Shown: positions 40,531-50,190, counted from the first letter of the stretch. The stretch is DNA of 64,000 nt from an uncultured Armatimonadia bacterium (GCA_963749155.1 CAVVLO010000002.1:864001-928000); one strand, 5' to 3'. The notes: generated from the sequence alone by a model not told the origin. Made by a program: numbers and translations.

Positions 40531-43227
40531 CTATTGCTCCTCGCTCATTATCAGCATGGGCGCGCAAGGCAGCGCCGGTAGCCTGGGCAAGTTCTCTTCG
40601 GCCAGGTCCAGTGTGCCATTAAGGTTATTCCACCTGTTCATCCTCAACGAGTCATCGAAGGCATAGTCAACCGAGCGCCAGGTACCGGTTCCCGAGCGGT
40701 AATAGGACCACTTGTTGGCCCAGTCCTGGACCAGGCTCATTGGGGCCGTGTAGTTTTGCGATATGGCGCCGTTGATGCGCACCCCATAGTTGTAGCGCAG
40801 GAAGCGCTGGGTCAGGCTGTTGCGATCTTCGCCCGCGTCCATTACACCGTTGTAGTTCAGGTCGAACCAGGTGTAAGTCAGGTCGGCAAGGCGCTCGTCC
40901 CACCATTCGCCCGGCACGATTGCAAAAGTGCCCTCTTCGGCGTAGATAAGCGCGCTGATAGTCAGGATAAGACCAGGCCCGGCAGGCGCCATCGTGCCAC
41001 CGCTTGCCGCCAGTCGCTCCAGCTTCCAGTTGGCATGGTAGTAGTTGAAGCTGCTGGTATCCGCAAGCCGCACCTGGTAGCGCGCGCCTGCTGTGTTATC
41101 GAAGTAATCCTGGTCGGCGCCGGCTGCGGTGTCCGCCGGGAAGGAACGCAGCTCCCAGGCGGGATACACGGCATTCGACTGCCAGGGCGCAGGGCCTGGC
41201 GGATTGGGCAGCGGGGGGTCGTTGAAGACATAATTGGTAATGCCCCCGCCCAGATCGAAGTCATACAGAGTATTGGCGGTCGTTGCGCCTGTCAGCAGAT
41301 TGGTAGACTGCACTCCAAGTGCCACTCCCCCGGTGAAGCTGCCGGTAGGCAACGGGGTGGACTCGCTGAATTCGGCGCAGTGAAGCATCGTGAAATACAG
41401 GTCGCTGCCGGCTGGGACATCCCCGGCGAGCGAGCGGCCGTTGAGCCAGTTGACCAGTATCCCAGCACCGGGCTTAACCCGGTAATGGCGCGGATCCATA
41501 GGCGCAAGCTGCTCGCGCTTTATGAGCACGGTCTCCGGCGCCGCTTCGGCCATTGCCGAGGGATCTACCAGTACATGCTGGCGCGCCAGTAGCGCGCAAG
41601 CCGAGTTCTCATAATCATAGAGGTCGATGCCTGGATCCACATCAGAGGGCCTCAGCAAGCTGCCCTTGATGATAATCGAGCCATCAGACACGACCGTCAG
41701 GCTTCTGGGCTGGGCCAAAGTGGACTCGCCAAGCAATCCCCAGACTTTTACGTTGCCCTGAGCGTAGATGACCCCGTTTTCAGGATAAGGATAAGCCAGC
41801 CAGCCGCTCCGCTCTTCGGCGCTGCGGTTTTCGTCGTAATCGCTTCTCTTGACCCAGATATCATCGGGAGTAATGTACAGCTCTACCGAGGGCGCCTTGG
41901 CGATATCTACCAGCTCATAATTGCGCTGGCTCCAGCGGCCCGGCTCGTTGAGGGCCAAAGGCATTTTCGGTTTGCCTGCCGAATCGCGTGGCTGGGTGGT
42001 ATCCACGAGATCAGTGCCGTTGTTTATCAGGTAAGGCGCGCTGGTCTGGATATCGTCCGCCAGATTGCCAGGTGTACCGTTGTCATCGAAATACCACTTG
42101 CCCGCATCTCCGCCACCCGAGGTAGCCTGGGTATAAAGCTCATCAGCCCTGAGGCCTTCCAGCGCGAGCGCCATATACCGGCTGACATTGCCACTGCGCG
42201 CGGAATTGGTTCCCAGGCTGGGCGGTTCGACATAATCAACCGACCGCTCGGGATTCACTGTCGCATTGTTGGTCGCAAGCGAATCGAGATAGGTGCCGTC
42301 GCCGAAAGTGTCAGGCATAACGTCGAAGGTAGGCGCAATACTTGGTACCGCCGGCACAAAGCCGCCCCCATCAACGCTGACATCGACCGAGGTGTTGGCA
42401 TCGGCATTTATGATATTTCCCGCGACCAGAAAATCGTCGCCGCGCAGAATATCGGGATCTCCACTATCGGAGAACAGGCTGAGCCGGTTGACGCCGTGCC
42501 AGAGCAGGTCGGTATTGATCCGGATTGGGCCCTGCCAGGCGCTGGCGACATCTTCCGTGGCGCCGTCGTAAGCGCCATTCTGATTGTAGTCAATCCAGGG
42601 ATTAAGCCCGAACTCGGCCGCAGCCCCGCTCCGGTCCTTATTGGTAATAAAGAGCATATAGTCGGTAAGCAGGATCGGCTTGTAGGCGACCACTCTGCGG
42701 AAAACCGAAGGGTCGTCGTCCACGCGGCCTATACAGGTTATCTTGATGAAGCGCGATAGCTCGGCGCGCCTTTGCCGCTCGAGGGCGGAAAGGCCAGCAG
42801 GCTCTGCCAGTTGCCCATGAGGCCAGTATTCGACCTTGAGCAAGTAGTGGCCACGCCCAAATTCGGGGTTATCGGGGCTGTACGGATCGGGATAACGCGT
42901 GAAGCCCTGAGCGGCCCAACCGCGCAAGTCCTCGATCTCGTCATAATAGCCCGCGAAGAGTGGACTCGCCGGATCTGGCGCTGGCTCTGGCCGCCAATCG
43001 GCGCCGCGTGGACTGGTGGTGAGCATCCTGTCCGCGTAGCGCAGTCCCGCTTCAGCGAGGTTTTGGGCGACCAGCCCTGACTCGGTCCTCGTCGTCGTCT
43101 GCATGTTGAAGGCGACCGTCGCGACGAAAGCCGCGGCGATGAGCGCCAGCATCAACATCAGTATGACGGCGAGTAGCAGCGCCTGGCCACTCTCTTCCGA
43201 CTTGCTTGTCAACCTGTTTGCTTTCAT
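40531..43227 (-). CDS. Very large PilX-like minor pilin (898 aa) with probable beta-solenoid (ComZ/DUF4900-like)
   Basis: EESG|QALLLAVIL (no Glu5)...AQNLAEAGLRYA; GVIYAQGNVKVWG...LTVVSDGSIIIKG...INGAISQN. Confidence 0.75.
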   Translation of the reverse strand: MKANRLTSKSEESGQALLLAVILMLMLALIAAAFVATVAFNMQTTTRTESGLVAQNLAEAGLRYADRMLTTSPRGADWRPEPAPDPASPLFAGYYDEIEDLRGWAAQGFTRYPDPYSPDNPEFGRGHYLLKVEYWPHGQLAEPAGLSALERQRRAELSRFIKITCIGRVDDDPSVFRRVVAYKPILLTDYMLFITNKDRSGAAAEFGLNPWIDYNQNGAYDGATEDVASAWQGPIRINTDLLWHGVNRLSLFSDSGDPDILRGDDFLVAGNIINADANTSVDVSVDGGGFVPAVPSIAPTFDVMPDTFGDGTYLDSLATNNATVNPERSVDYVEPPSLGTNSARSGNVSRYMALALEGLRADELYTQATSGGGDAGKWYFDDNGTPGNLADDIQTSAPYLINNGTDLVDTTQPRDSAGKPKMPLALNEPGRWSQRNYELVDIAKAPSVELYITPDDIWVKRSDYDENRSAEERSGWLAYPYPENGVIYAQGNVKVWGLLGESTLAQPRSLTVVSDGSIIIKGSLLRPSDVDPGIDLYDYENSACALLARQHVLVDPSAMAEAAPETVLIKREQLAPMDPRHYRVKPGAGILVNWLNGRSLAGDVPAGSDLYFTMLHCAEFSESTPLPTGSFTGGVALGVQSTNLLTGATTANTLYDFDLGGGITNYVFNDPPLPNPPGPAPWQSNAVYPAWELRSFPADTAAGADQDYFDNTAGARYQVRLADTSSFNYYHANWKLERLAASGGTMAPAGPGLILTISALIYAEEGTFAIVPGEWWDERLADLTYTWFDLNYNGVMDAGEDRNSLTQRFLRYNYGVRINGAISQNYTAPMSLVQDWANKWSYYRSGTGTWRSVDYAFDDSLRMNRWNNLNGTLDLAEENLPRLPALPCAPMLIMSEEQ

Positions 43228-43266
43228 ACTTGTGTACTCCTCACTGGAGGCTCCAGGAGAGTCCTG

Positions 43267-44871
43267 TCAGCGCAGCTTGCTGCCGACCTCGAACCGGTCG
43301 TGCAATACAACGACCTCAGGTCGCTTTATTCTAGCCCCGCCGACCGCGCAAGTAACAGTGACATCAATCAAACGCTGCGTCTTGTAGCTGATTACGACGA
43401 CATCGTTCCTGATTTGCCGGTTCGGGTTGGCAATTGACGTATCTCTATAGAAGTTGTCCCTGTAAGCGAATTGCACCTGGATGGTGCTGCCAAGCGGAGG
43501 CGCCCAGGCGAAAGCCAGCGTGCCGGTTATGTAATCAATTGTATAAACATGATCGGTCCGCATAGGCGACATAGGCAACTGCTCGACGCTGGAATACGAT
43601 ATCCAGTCTCCAGTCGGCATCAGCAAGCGCACCTGCTCGCTGCCGGCTACCACAAGCGAGCCGAAAGGCCGGTCCAGCGTGAACTGGGTCGTCCCCATTC
43701 CGAACATGTTGCCATCGCCCAGGAAGGTGTTCTGCCAGGGCACTGCGCATTTCACTACGCCCTGCTTGCTGTCCCAGGTAAAGTGTACCGGGCGCGTTAC
43801 ATCCCAGTAGAAATTGGTCGCTGGATCGGCTGGATACGAGTCAAAAATCAGCACTGAGTAATCATTGTCCGCGGGATTCCAGCGATATATCTGGATATGC
43901 GGATCGTCGAACTTCTCCTGGCCGCCCAGATCAGAGAACCAGGCAATCGGCCAATAGCCGGGGCCGATATACCGGTCGCCGAGGTTGGGCGTGTTGTCTT
44001 CGTACCAGTCGGCATACTTGGTGCGATAGTCCGCCCCGCCGTTGCCTGCCGCCACCCGTTCGCGATTTATCTGCACGGGCCGGAAACTGCAACCAGGCAC
44101 TACGTACCTGTCACCAGCGGCGCGCAACTCTTCGGTCTGGGGCCACATCGCCGGAGTACCGACTGGATCCTGCAGGTAGGCCGCGGTGTCGGTCTTCTGC
44201 TTCTCCATCAACGAGTTGGAGAGGTTTATCCAATAGTCTCTTTCGGCCGGGAAATCGAGGTAGAACCACGGATCCATCCAGTTGGGGATGTTAGGATTAG
44301 CCTCGATAGTCCCGTTGCTGTCGAAATCGGCAAAAGGCTGGAAATGCGTTTTGCGGAGCTGCACCAGGGTATAGAGCCGCTGGATGTCCGGCACCCCGCC
44401 ATCGCCGGTATACGTCCATTCTTCTCCCAGGTCCGGATTGCTGTATGCGGTTGGCCACTCGGCCTGGGCCAGCGCCGGCTGAGTCGGGTGCGGGTAATAA
44501 CGCAGCGGCGAGGTCCAATAGCGAGTGACATAGCTATCGGGCCTGAGCGGCTGAGCCAGCGCTCCATTTTCCGTCACTGGCATATAGAGATCTATCAGCC
44601 AGGGCGTGTCGGGATAGGTGCGGGCATAAAGCGCTGTAGTAAGCGCGCTTGAGAAATCCTCGAGTGCGAGCTGAGCATTGGACTGCGCCGCCACGCTTGC
44701 GCGCGAGGTGCGCAGCCAGTTTATGCCCTCCACCATAGGCTTGAAGAGCAGCACGAACAGGATCGTCAAGAGTGCGATGACGACCAGCAGCTCGACCAGT
44801 GTAAAACCTCTGGTTGCTCCAGGCGCGCTACGACCCGCGGCCAATCTGGTGCTCATCCCTCGCTTAGCCAT
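43267..44871 (-). CDS. Large PilW/GspJ-like minor pilin (534 aa)
   Basis: RG|FTLVELLVVIALL class III signal; position between PilV-like and PilX-like genes. Confidence 0.75.
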   Translation of the reverse strand: MAKRGMSTRLAAGRSAPGATRGFTLVELLVVIALLTILFVLLFKPMVEGINWLRTSRASVAAQSNAQLALEDFSSALTTALYARTYPDTPWLIDLYMPVTENGALAQPLRPDSYVTRYWTSPLRYYPHPTQPALAQAEWPTAYSNPDLGEEWTYTGDGGVPDIQRLYTLVQLRKTHFQPFADFDSNGTIEANPNIPNWMDPWFYLDFPAERDYWINLSNSLMEKQKTDTAAYLQDPVGTPAMWPQTEELRAAGDRYVVPGCSFRPVQINRERVAAGNGGADYRTKYADWYEDNTPNLGDRYIGPGYWPIAWFSDLGGQEKFDDPHIQIYRWNPADNDYSVLIFDSYPADPATNFYWDVTRPVHFTWDSKQGVVKCAVPWQNTFLGDGNMFGMGTTQFTLDRPFGSLVVAGSEQVRLLMPTGDWISYSSVEQLPMSPMRTDHVYTIDYITGTLAFAWAPPLGSTIQVQFAYRDNFYRDTSIANPNRQIRNDVVVISYKTQRLIDVTVTCAVGGARIKRPEVVVLHDRFEVGSKLR

Positions 44872-44886
44872 CTCTTGCTCCCTCGC

Positions 44887-45600
44887 TTAAGGCAATACAT
44901 AGTCGCGCAAGTCGCCCCACTCAAGCGGGGGATTGCTGCGATGATTCTCGCCGGCCGTATAATCAGGTGTTTTCAGCATCCTGACCGACCCATCGAGGAA
45001 CAAAACCAGGTCTCTGGTGCCAGCGGGAGTGTCATACGCCCCCGCATGAAGTTCGCACCAGGTGACCACCGTATTGTCAATTGGAAAACGACTTGCCAGT
45101 TCTCTGGCGCGCTCGGGATCCTCGGCCATAACCGGGATGTCCGGCGCATCAGGCTGGTACTTCCATTCCTCAACACCTGCAGCCAGCCCGTTGGCATCCT
45201 GCAGCATATAGCTGACATAATCCATCGGGACATCGCTGTCATTATGCTGCCTGTCTTCGGGGCAATGCAGATATTGCTTGCCCTTCAGATAACCCATCCG
45301 GTTTTCCGTGCCGGCGCCAGCAAGCGTGGTGTCGAAGGCAAACAGCGCCCACAGTCCAAGCCCGCCTGCCAGCGGATCTCCAGCGTTTATGGTCGGATCG
45401 AAGGGAGGAAAGCCCCCCTCATCCAGCGTGTACATCCGCATCGAGATAGCAATGGCCTGCATATTGCCCATACAGGTCATCCCTCGAGCGCGAGCATTGC
45501 CCCCTTTCGTGAAAACGAAAAGGATTGCCGACAGGATAGCGATGATCGCTATCACCGTAAGCAGCTCGATTATCGTGAAACCTTTACGCTTGTTGCTCAT
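44887..45600 (-). CDS. Type IV pilin-like protein (DUF1559-like, H-x-DG C-terminal motif)
   Basis: KG|FTIIELLTVIAIIAIL, ARARGMTCMGNM, LHCPED, WCELH...LFLDGSV. Alternative GTG start at 45609. Confidence 0.8.
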   Translation of the reverse strand: MSNKRKGFTIIELLTVIAIIAILSAILFVFTKGGNARARGMTCMGNMQAIAISMRMYTLDEGGFPPFDPTINAGDPLAGGLGLWALFAFDTTLAGAGTENRMGYLKGKQYLHCPEDRQHNDSDVPMDYVSYMLQDANGLAAGVEEWKYQPDAPDIPVMAEDPERARELASRFPIDNTVVTWCELHAGAYDTPAGTRDLVLFLDGSVRMLKTPDYTAGENHRSNPPLEWGDLRDYVLP

Positions 45601-45617
45601 ATAGCTCACATCCTGCC

Positions 45618-47165
45618 TTACAGGGCCTCAGGCTCGAGTAGAGTGTCGAGCTGGATGTAGCGGGTCATATCGCGGTCGTGCCAGATAGCCTTCACGCCCA
45701 GCGACAGACCGGTCACCGACAGCAAATCGCCTGCGCCGATTGGCCCGCCTCCCGCGTTCACGATCGTTGCGGTATAGGGAGCAGGACCAGGCGAGATGGT
45801 AAGCTGGCGTGTTTCGACAATCGACGCCGTGCTGGCGTTGTTGTCGTCATCCCACATAAAGCTGACCAGCACGACTTTGCCCGCCTCGCTTCCCGAAAAC
45901 TCCAGGCTAGCGTCAGGGGCGATTGCAGCGAATATATATTCGTTGCCCAGCGGCGCTGCCGCGGTCGTATTGAAGTACTGGGCCTGGGCTCGCTGAGCGA
46001 GCACCGCCCACTCTTCCATCCCGCGGTAGAAGACGCGTATTGGCCGATTGGCCAGCGTGTCCGAGAACAAGACCACGCCGTTCTCGTAATCCACCGAATC
46101 GGGGGTATGCAGCAGGCCATCGTCCAGCGTAACGCCCAGGACGGTAGTCGCCATACCTGGCAGGTCGCCATCGTCCAGGAAAGTTATGTCGGTGCGCATC
46201 TCGCCGTAAACGTCCAGCACGTCGAACTCGCTGAGGATGTGCCAGTCGCGCACGCTGTACGAATAACGCACGAACTGGCCCTGGTCCTCGCCATAGAATC
46301 TCAGCACGCCGCCATCGTCATCCAGGCTGAACTCGGAGTTGGCGGCTGGATTGCCACCTACCTCGGTGAACTGCCTGCTGATGCGGATCGAACTGTCCAC
46401 GATGAACTCAAAGTCCGGAAGGCCTGCCACCGGCAGCATTGTGTCATCGTCATTGGCCGCCAGGGTGAAGGTGCCAGTGTAGGGCACATAAGCCGCGGCA
46501 GCACTGTCATAGTAGATGCAGTTCAGTTCCATATTCCGATCGTAAGGCACTCGGTCGAATCTGGCATAACCGGCACGCTGCCAGTTGACGCTGCCATCGC
46601 CCTGCTCGGCGGTCGTCACATAAAAATGTTGGTAGTCGTGTTCGTCGTCGCGCAAATCGTAGAAGGCATTGTTGACCCGGGTATAAGGCGCCCAGCACTC
46701 GACTGCAGCCCCTACCTCGGCCGGACCAAACAGGTTGTGCGCGACGGAGACAGTAGTGCCGAGAACAGGCGATGGGATTCGGAGCCCCTCGCCTACGACT
46801 TCTCGTACCTCTGTCATATTAGGCCCGAAGCCATCAGGGTCTATATCGGCCAACTTCAACCAGTCAGGCTGGATCTCCCAACCGTTTACCGTCGGGCCAA
46901 GAGCGTTGCCGTCTTCATCCACCACCGGCATATTGGCGGTGGTGTTCTGGATGCCCAGCGGGGCGCGCTCGGGCGCAGCCTCCAGTTGCTGGAGCAACCT
47001 GTCGGCCAGCCTGGTGGCGACGTTACGATTCTGGCCGCTCTGGACCAGGTTCAATCCCATCGGGAATACGCGGAATAACGCGTAGAGCCCAAATACCAGG
47101 ATGAACACTGCCACCAGGACTTCGACCAGGGTCATACCTTTCTGGTTTATCGCCCTATTTCTCAT
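45618..47165 (-). CDS. Large PilV/GspI-like minor pilin (515 aa)
   Basis: KG|MTLVEVLVAVFILVFG; C-terminal VKAIW...QLDT strand. Confidence 0.75.
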   Translation of the reverse strand: MRNRAINQKGMTLVEVLVAVFILVFGLYALFRVFPMGLNLVQSGQNRNVATRLADRLLQQLEAAPERAPLGIQNTTANMPVVDEDGNALGPTVNGWEIQPDWLKLADIDPDGFGPNMTEVREVVGEGLRIPSPVLGTTVSVAHNLFGPAEVGAAVECWAPYTRVNNAFYDLRDDEHDYQHFYVTTAEQGDGSVNWQRAGYARFDRVPYDRNMELNCIYYDSAAAAYVPYTGTFTLAANDDDTMLPVAGLPDFEFIVDSSIRISRQFTEVGGNPAANSEFSLDDDGGVLRFYGEDQGQFVRYSYSVRDWHILSEFDVLDVYGEMRTDITFLDDGDLPGMATTVLGVTLDDGLLHTPDSVDYENGVVLFSDTLANRPIRVFYRGMEEWAVLAQRAQAQYFNTTAAAPLGNEYIFAAIAPDASLEFSGSEAGKVVLVSFMWDDDNNASTASIVETRQLTISPGPAPYTATIVNAGGGPIGAGDLLSVTGLSLGVKAIWHDRDMTRYIQLDTLLEPEAL

Positions 47166-47224
47166 AGGGACTCACCGCTCCTCACACCTGTGCGTTGCCG
47201 AGATTCGGACCGCCCTCAGCCCTT

Positions 47225-47896
47225 CTATTCGGGCTGATCTTCCCAGTTGTAACTGGAAAGCACGAGCTTCTTGGCCGTGCCATCTACGAAGACGACAATG
47301 TCGAAAGCCCGGGCCTGATCGTTATCCGCGCTGGAGCTAAAGCCCGCCTGGCGCCACATCATTGGGAAGTCGACAGTGTCGGCTTCAACAGAGCGATGCC
47401 ACGGGCACCGGGTGATGATGGTGTGCTCCGGAGCGTTGCGGAAAGCCCTGGAGTAGTTCTGGGTTGGGAACATAACCGCTGGTCCCCCTAGCGCCTTGTA
47501 GCGCGCTGGCGGGGGCCAGGGCACATCGGCTTCGGTCTTGGGATCGCCTGCTGGCGTGTAGCCGTAGCAGTTCCAGAAGTACCCGTAGCTGATGTCGGTC
47601 TGTTGCGCCGCCTGCAGCTTGGACATTGGATCATTCGGGCAGAACAGCGCTGCCGCATCCTGCAGATAGTCAGGTCTGAGTGCCATTATTGACTGCGGAT
47701 AAGCCCGATGATCGCGTCGATACAGTACCGTCGCCTGTGCAATGGCGTGCAAGTTGCTGATGCAACTGCCTTGCCTGGCCCGCTCTCTGGCGCTGGCGAA
47801 TACCGGGAACAGTATCGCCGCCAAAATCGCGATGATGGCGATGACCGTCAACACCTCGATGAGCGTGAAACCACTCTTCTCACGCCGTGGAAGCAT
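47225..47896 (-). CDS. Type IV pilin-like protein (DUF1559-like)
   Basis: SG|FTLIEVLTVIAIIAILAAILFPVFASARERARQGSCISNL; FCPND; RCPWH...VFVDGTAK. Confidence 0.85.
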   Translation of the reverse strand: MLPRREKSGFTLIEVLTVIAIIAILAAILFPVFASARERARQGSCISNLHAIAQATVLYRRDHRAYPQSIMALRPDYLQDAAALFCPNDPMSKLQAAQQTDISYGYFWNCYGYTPAGDPKTEADVPWPPPARYKALGGPAVMFPTQNYSRAFRNAPEHTIITRCPWHRSVEADTVDFPMMWRQAGFSSSADNDQARAFDIVVFVDGTAKKLVLSSYNWEDQPE

Positions 47897-48014
47897 AGCC
47901 CATTCCTCCATTTGGAGGCTTTAGCGCCTCCGGCTGTTCAAGTTATACCCCGCAGTCCTGGCCGGGAAACTCGCACAAGACTCAAAAAATCGCAAAAAAT
48001 GGGAAATAGCCTGT

Positions 48015-48878
48015 TTATTCTAGTCCGTAGAGCTGCATAAAGACTTTCGTTATCTCATCGCCCAGGAATACCATCATAATGCCCGCCCCAGCCAGGAAGG
48101 GGCCAAAGGGGATTATACTGTCCCTTTTCATTTTTCCGGTTGACATCAAAAGTACCGACAGCACCGCTCCAACCAGCACTGCAAGCAGGCTCATTGCCAT
48201 CAAAGCCCAGGTAGCTCCAACTCGCGCGCCAAGCGCCAGCATCAACTTTACATCGCCAAAGCCTAGCGCGTCCTTTTTGAAGACCTTTGTGGCCAGGATA
48301 CCAAGCAGCCAGAAGCTGACGGCCGCAAGCACCGCTCCCCCAAGCGCGCTGATGGGCAGTTGGAATTCCGCCCCGCCCGTCTGGATTGTGATGAGCTGAG
48401 TCACTTTTTCAGGAGCGGTGAACCAAAGGCCAATTTCTCTTGCGAAAGCGGCAAGCCCCGCCACGATGGTGAACTCGTCGGGCAGCAAATAAGTATTGAG
48501 GTCCGCTACGAACGCCCCAAGCAGCGCGGTGCAGAAGATGATATCCATAATAGTTGGAAAGGTCGGGGTCCAGTCTCCCGACGCCAGGAAAACCCCCACG
48601 AAGAGCGCCGAAGTGGCCAGCTCCACGATAGCGTACTGGGCGCTTACCTTCTCGCCGCAATAGCGACATTTGCCCCTGAGGAAGAGCCAGGACAGGACCG
48701 GCACCATATCTTGGCCACGCAATCGGGTGTTGCATTTGGGGCAGTGAGAGGGTGGATTGACTACTGACTCCTCATTGGGCAACCGATAGATGCAGACGTT
48801 GAGGAAACTGCCTACTACCAGGCCAACCACACCCAGGAAAGCCGCGGCGACCAGGCGATAGAATTCAAGATCGTCCAA
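48015..48878 (-). CDS. pilD: Prepilin peptidase / N-methyltransferase
   Basis: GSFLNVCIYRLP, SHCPKC, GKCRYC, LGFGDVKL, IPFGPFLA. TTG start after a GGGGGAG RBS. Confidence 0.96.
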   Translation of the reverse strand: MDDLEFYRLVAAAFLGVVGLVVGSFLNVCIYRLPNEESVVNPPSHCPKCNTRLRGQDMVPVLSWLFLRGKCRYCGEKVSAQYAIVELATSALFVGVFLASGDWTPTFPTIMDIIFCTALLGAFVADLNTYLLPDEFTIVAGLAAFAREIGLWFTAPEKVTQLITIQTGGAEFQLPISALGGAVLAAVSFWLLGILATKVFKKDALGFGDVKLMLALGARVGATWALMAMSLLAVLVGAVLSVLLMSTGKMKRDSIIPFGPFLAGAGIMMVFLGDEITKVFMQLYGLE

Positions 48879-48902
48879 TTGCGTTACTCCCCCCGGAACC
48901 AA

Positions 48903-48928
48903 AAGCGCTTTCCGGCTGGAAAGCGCTT
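48903..48928 (-). terminator. Perfect hairpin between pilC and pilD (weak terminator or RNA stabiliser)
   Basis: AAGCGCTTTCC-N4-GGAAAGCGCTT, followed by a short T run. Confidence 0.5.
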
Positions 48929-48957
48929 CGGTTCGTCTTCAGACTGCCCGAGGCGGA

Positions 48958-50190
48958 CTAGCTGCCGCCGGACAGGTTACCTATGATAGATATCAGTGGC
49001 ATAAACATCGCGATAACGATGAAGCCTACGATACCACCCAGAAGTACGATCATTACAGGCTCGATAGTGGCCGCCAGCGACTCAAGCGCGGCGTCTACCT
49101 CCGCCTCGTAGAACTCGGCGATCTTCTCGAGCATCGCATCCAGAGCGCCAGTCTCCTCACCGATAGCAATCATATGGATGACCATCGGCGGGAACATCTT
49201 GCTGGCTTCGAGCGGACCGGCAATCGGCTCGCCCTCCCGGACACCCGCCCTGGCGTCCATAATCGCATTTTCGAAGATGACATTCTGCACGGCGCCCGCC
49301 GTAGTCTCCATTGCCTGGAGTATCTGAACGCCCGATTCGATCAGGGTCGAAAGGGTGCGCGCGAAACGAGACAGCGCCAGTTGCTGGTTGATCTTCCCAA
49401 AGACGGGCATCTTGAGCTTGAACAGGTCGAAATACTTGCGCCCGAATTTGGTGCGGATGAGATGCATAAAGCCAATGCCGACGATCACTGCGATGGCGAT
49501 GGCGAAATACCACTTGCCCAGGATGAAGTCCGAGGTGGCTTTCAATATCTTGGTTGGAGTCGGCATCTGGTCTTCGCCGACCTCAAGGTCCGTGAACAAC
49601 TGCATAAACTTCGGGAAGATGAAGGTCATAAGGCCGATAACGATACCTGCCGCAACGAACAAAACGACCATTGGGTAGGTCATCGCGCTCTTGACCTTGC
49701 GCCGGAGTTCCATCGAGCTTTCCAGGAAGTCAGCCAGGCGAGCCATGGTCTCGTCCAGCACGCCACCTATCTCACCAGCACGTATCAGACCGATGAAAAG
49801 GGTGGAGAAGACGCGTGGATATTTGCCCATCGAGCGCGACAGCGTGGCGCCGCCCTCAATCTCTTCCCGCACGTCTGCAATTATGGCTTTCAGGTTGGGG
49901 TTTCTGGTCTGGCTCTCGAGGACGGTAAGGCACCGGACCAGCGAGACACCAGCGTTTATCATCGTAGAGAACTGCCGGCAGAAGATGGAAAGGTCCCTCA
50001 GGCCAACCCGGCGGAACATCGAGCCTTTGGCCTTGGACTGGATCATCTTGCCTTTGGTCTCTTTGATTTGCTGGATCTTGATACCAGTCTGGGCTAACCT
50101 GGTTACCAGCTCTTCACGAGTTTCGGCCTCGGCTGACCCCTGGATCTTGCGACCAGTGTCGTCTGTTGCCGTATAGCTGAATACGGGCAT
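48958..50190 (-). CDS. pilC: Type IV pilus inner-membrane platform protein
   Basis: FCRQFSTMINAGV, AGEIGGVLD, KSAMTYP, GEETGALD, IEP. Confidence 0.96.
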   Translation of the reverse strand: MPVFSYTATDDTGRKIQGSAEAETREELVTRLAQTGIKIQQIKETKGKMIQSKAKGSMFRRVGLRDLSIFCRQFSTMINAGVSLVRCLTVLESQTRNPNLKAIIADVREEIEGGATLSRSMGKYPRVFSTLFIGLIRAGEIGGVLDETMARLADFLESSMELRRKVKSAMTYPMVVLFVAAGIVIGLMTFIFPKFMQLFTDLEVGEDQMPTPTKILKATSDFILGKWYFAIAIAVIVGIGFMHLIRTKFGRKYFDLFKLKMPVFGKINQQLALSRFARTLSTLIESGVQILQAMETTAGAVQNVIFENAIMDARAGVREGEPIAGPLEASKMFPPMVIHMIAIGEETGALDAMLEKIAEFYEAEVDAALESLAATIEPVMIVLLGGIVGFIVIAMFMPLISIIGNLSGGS

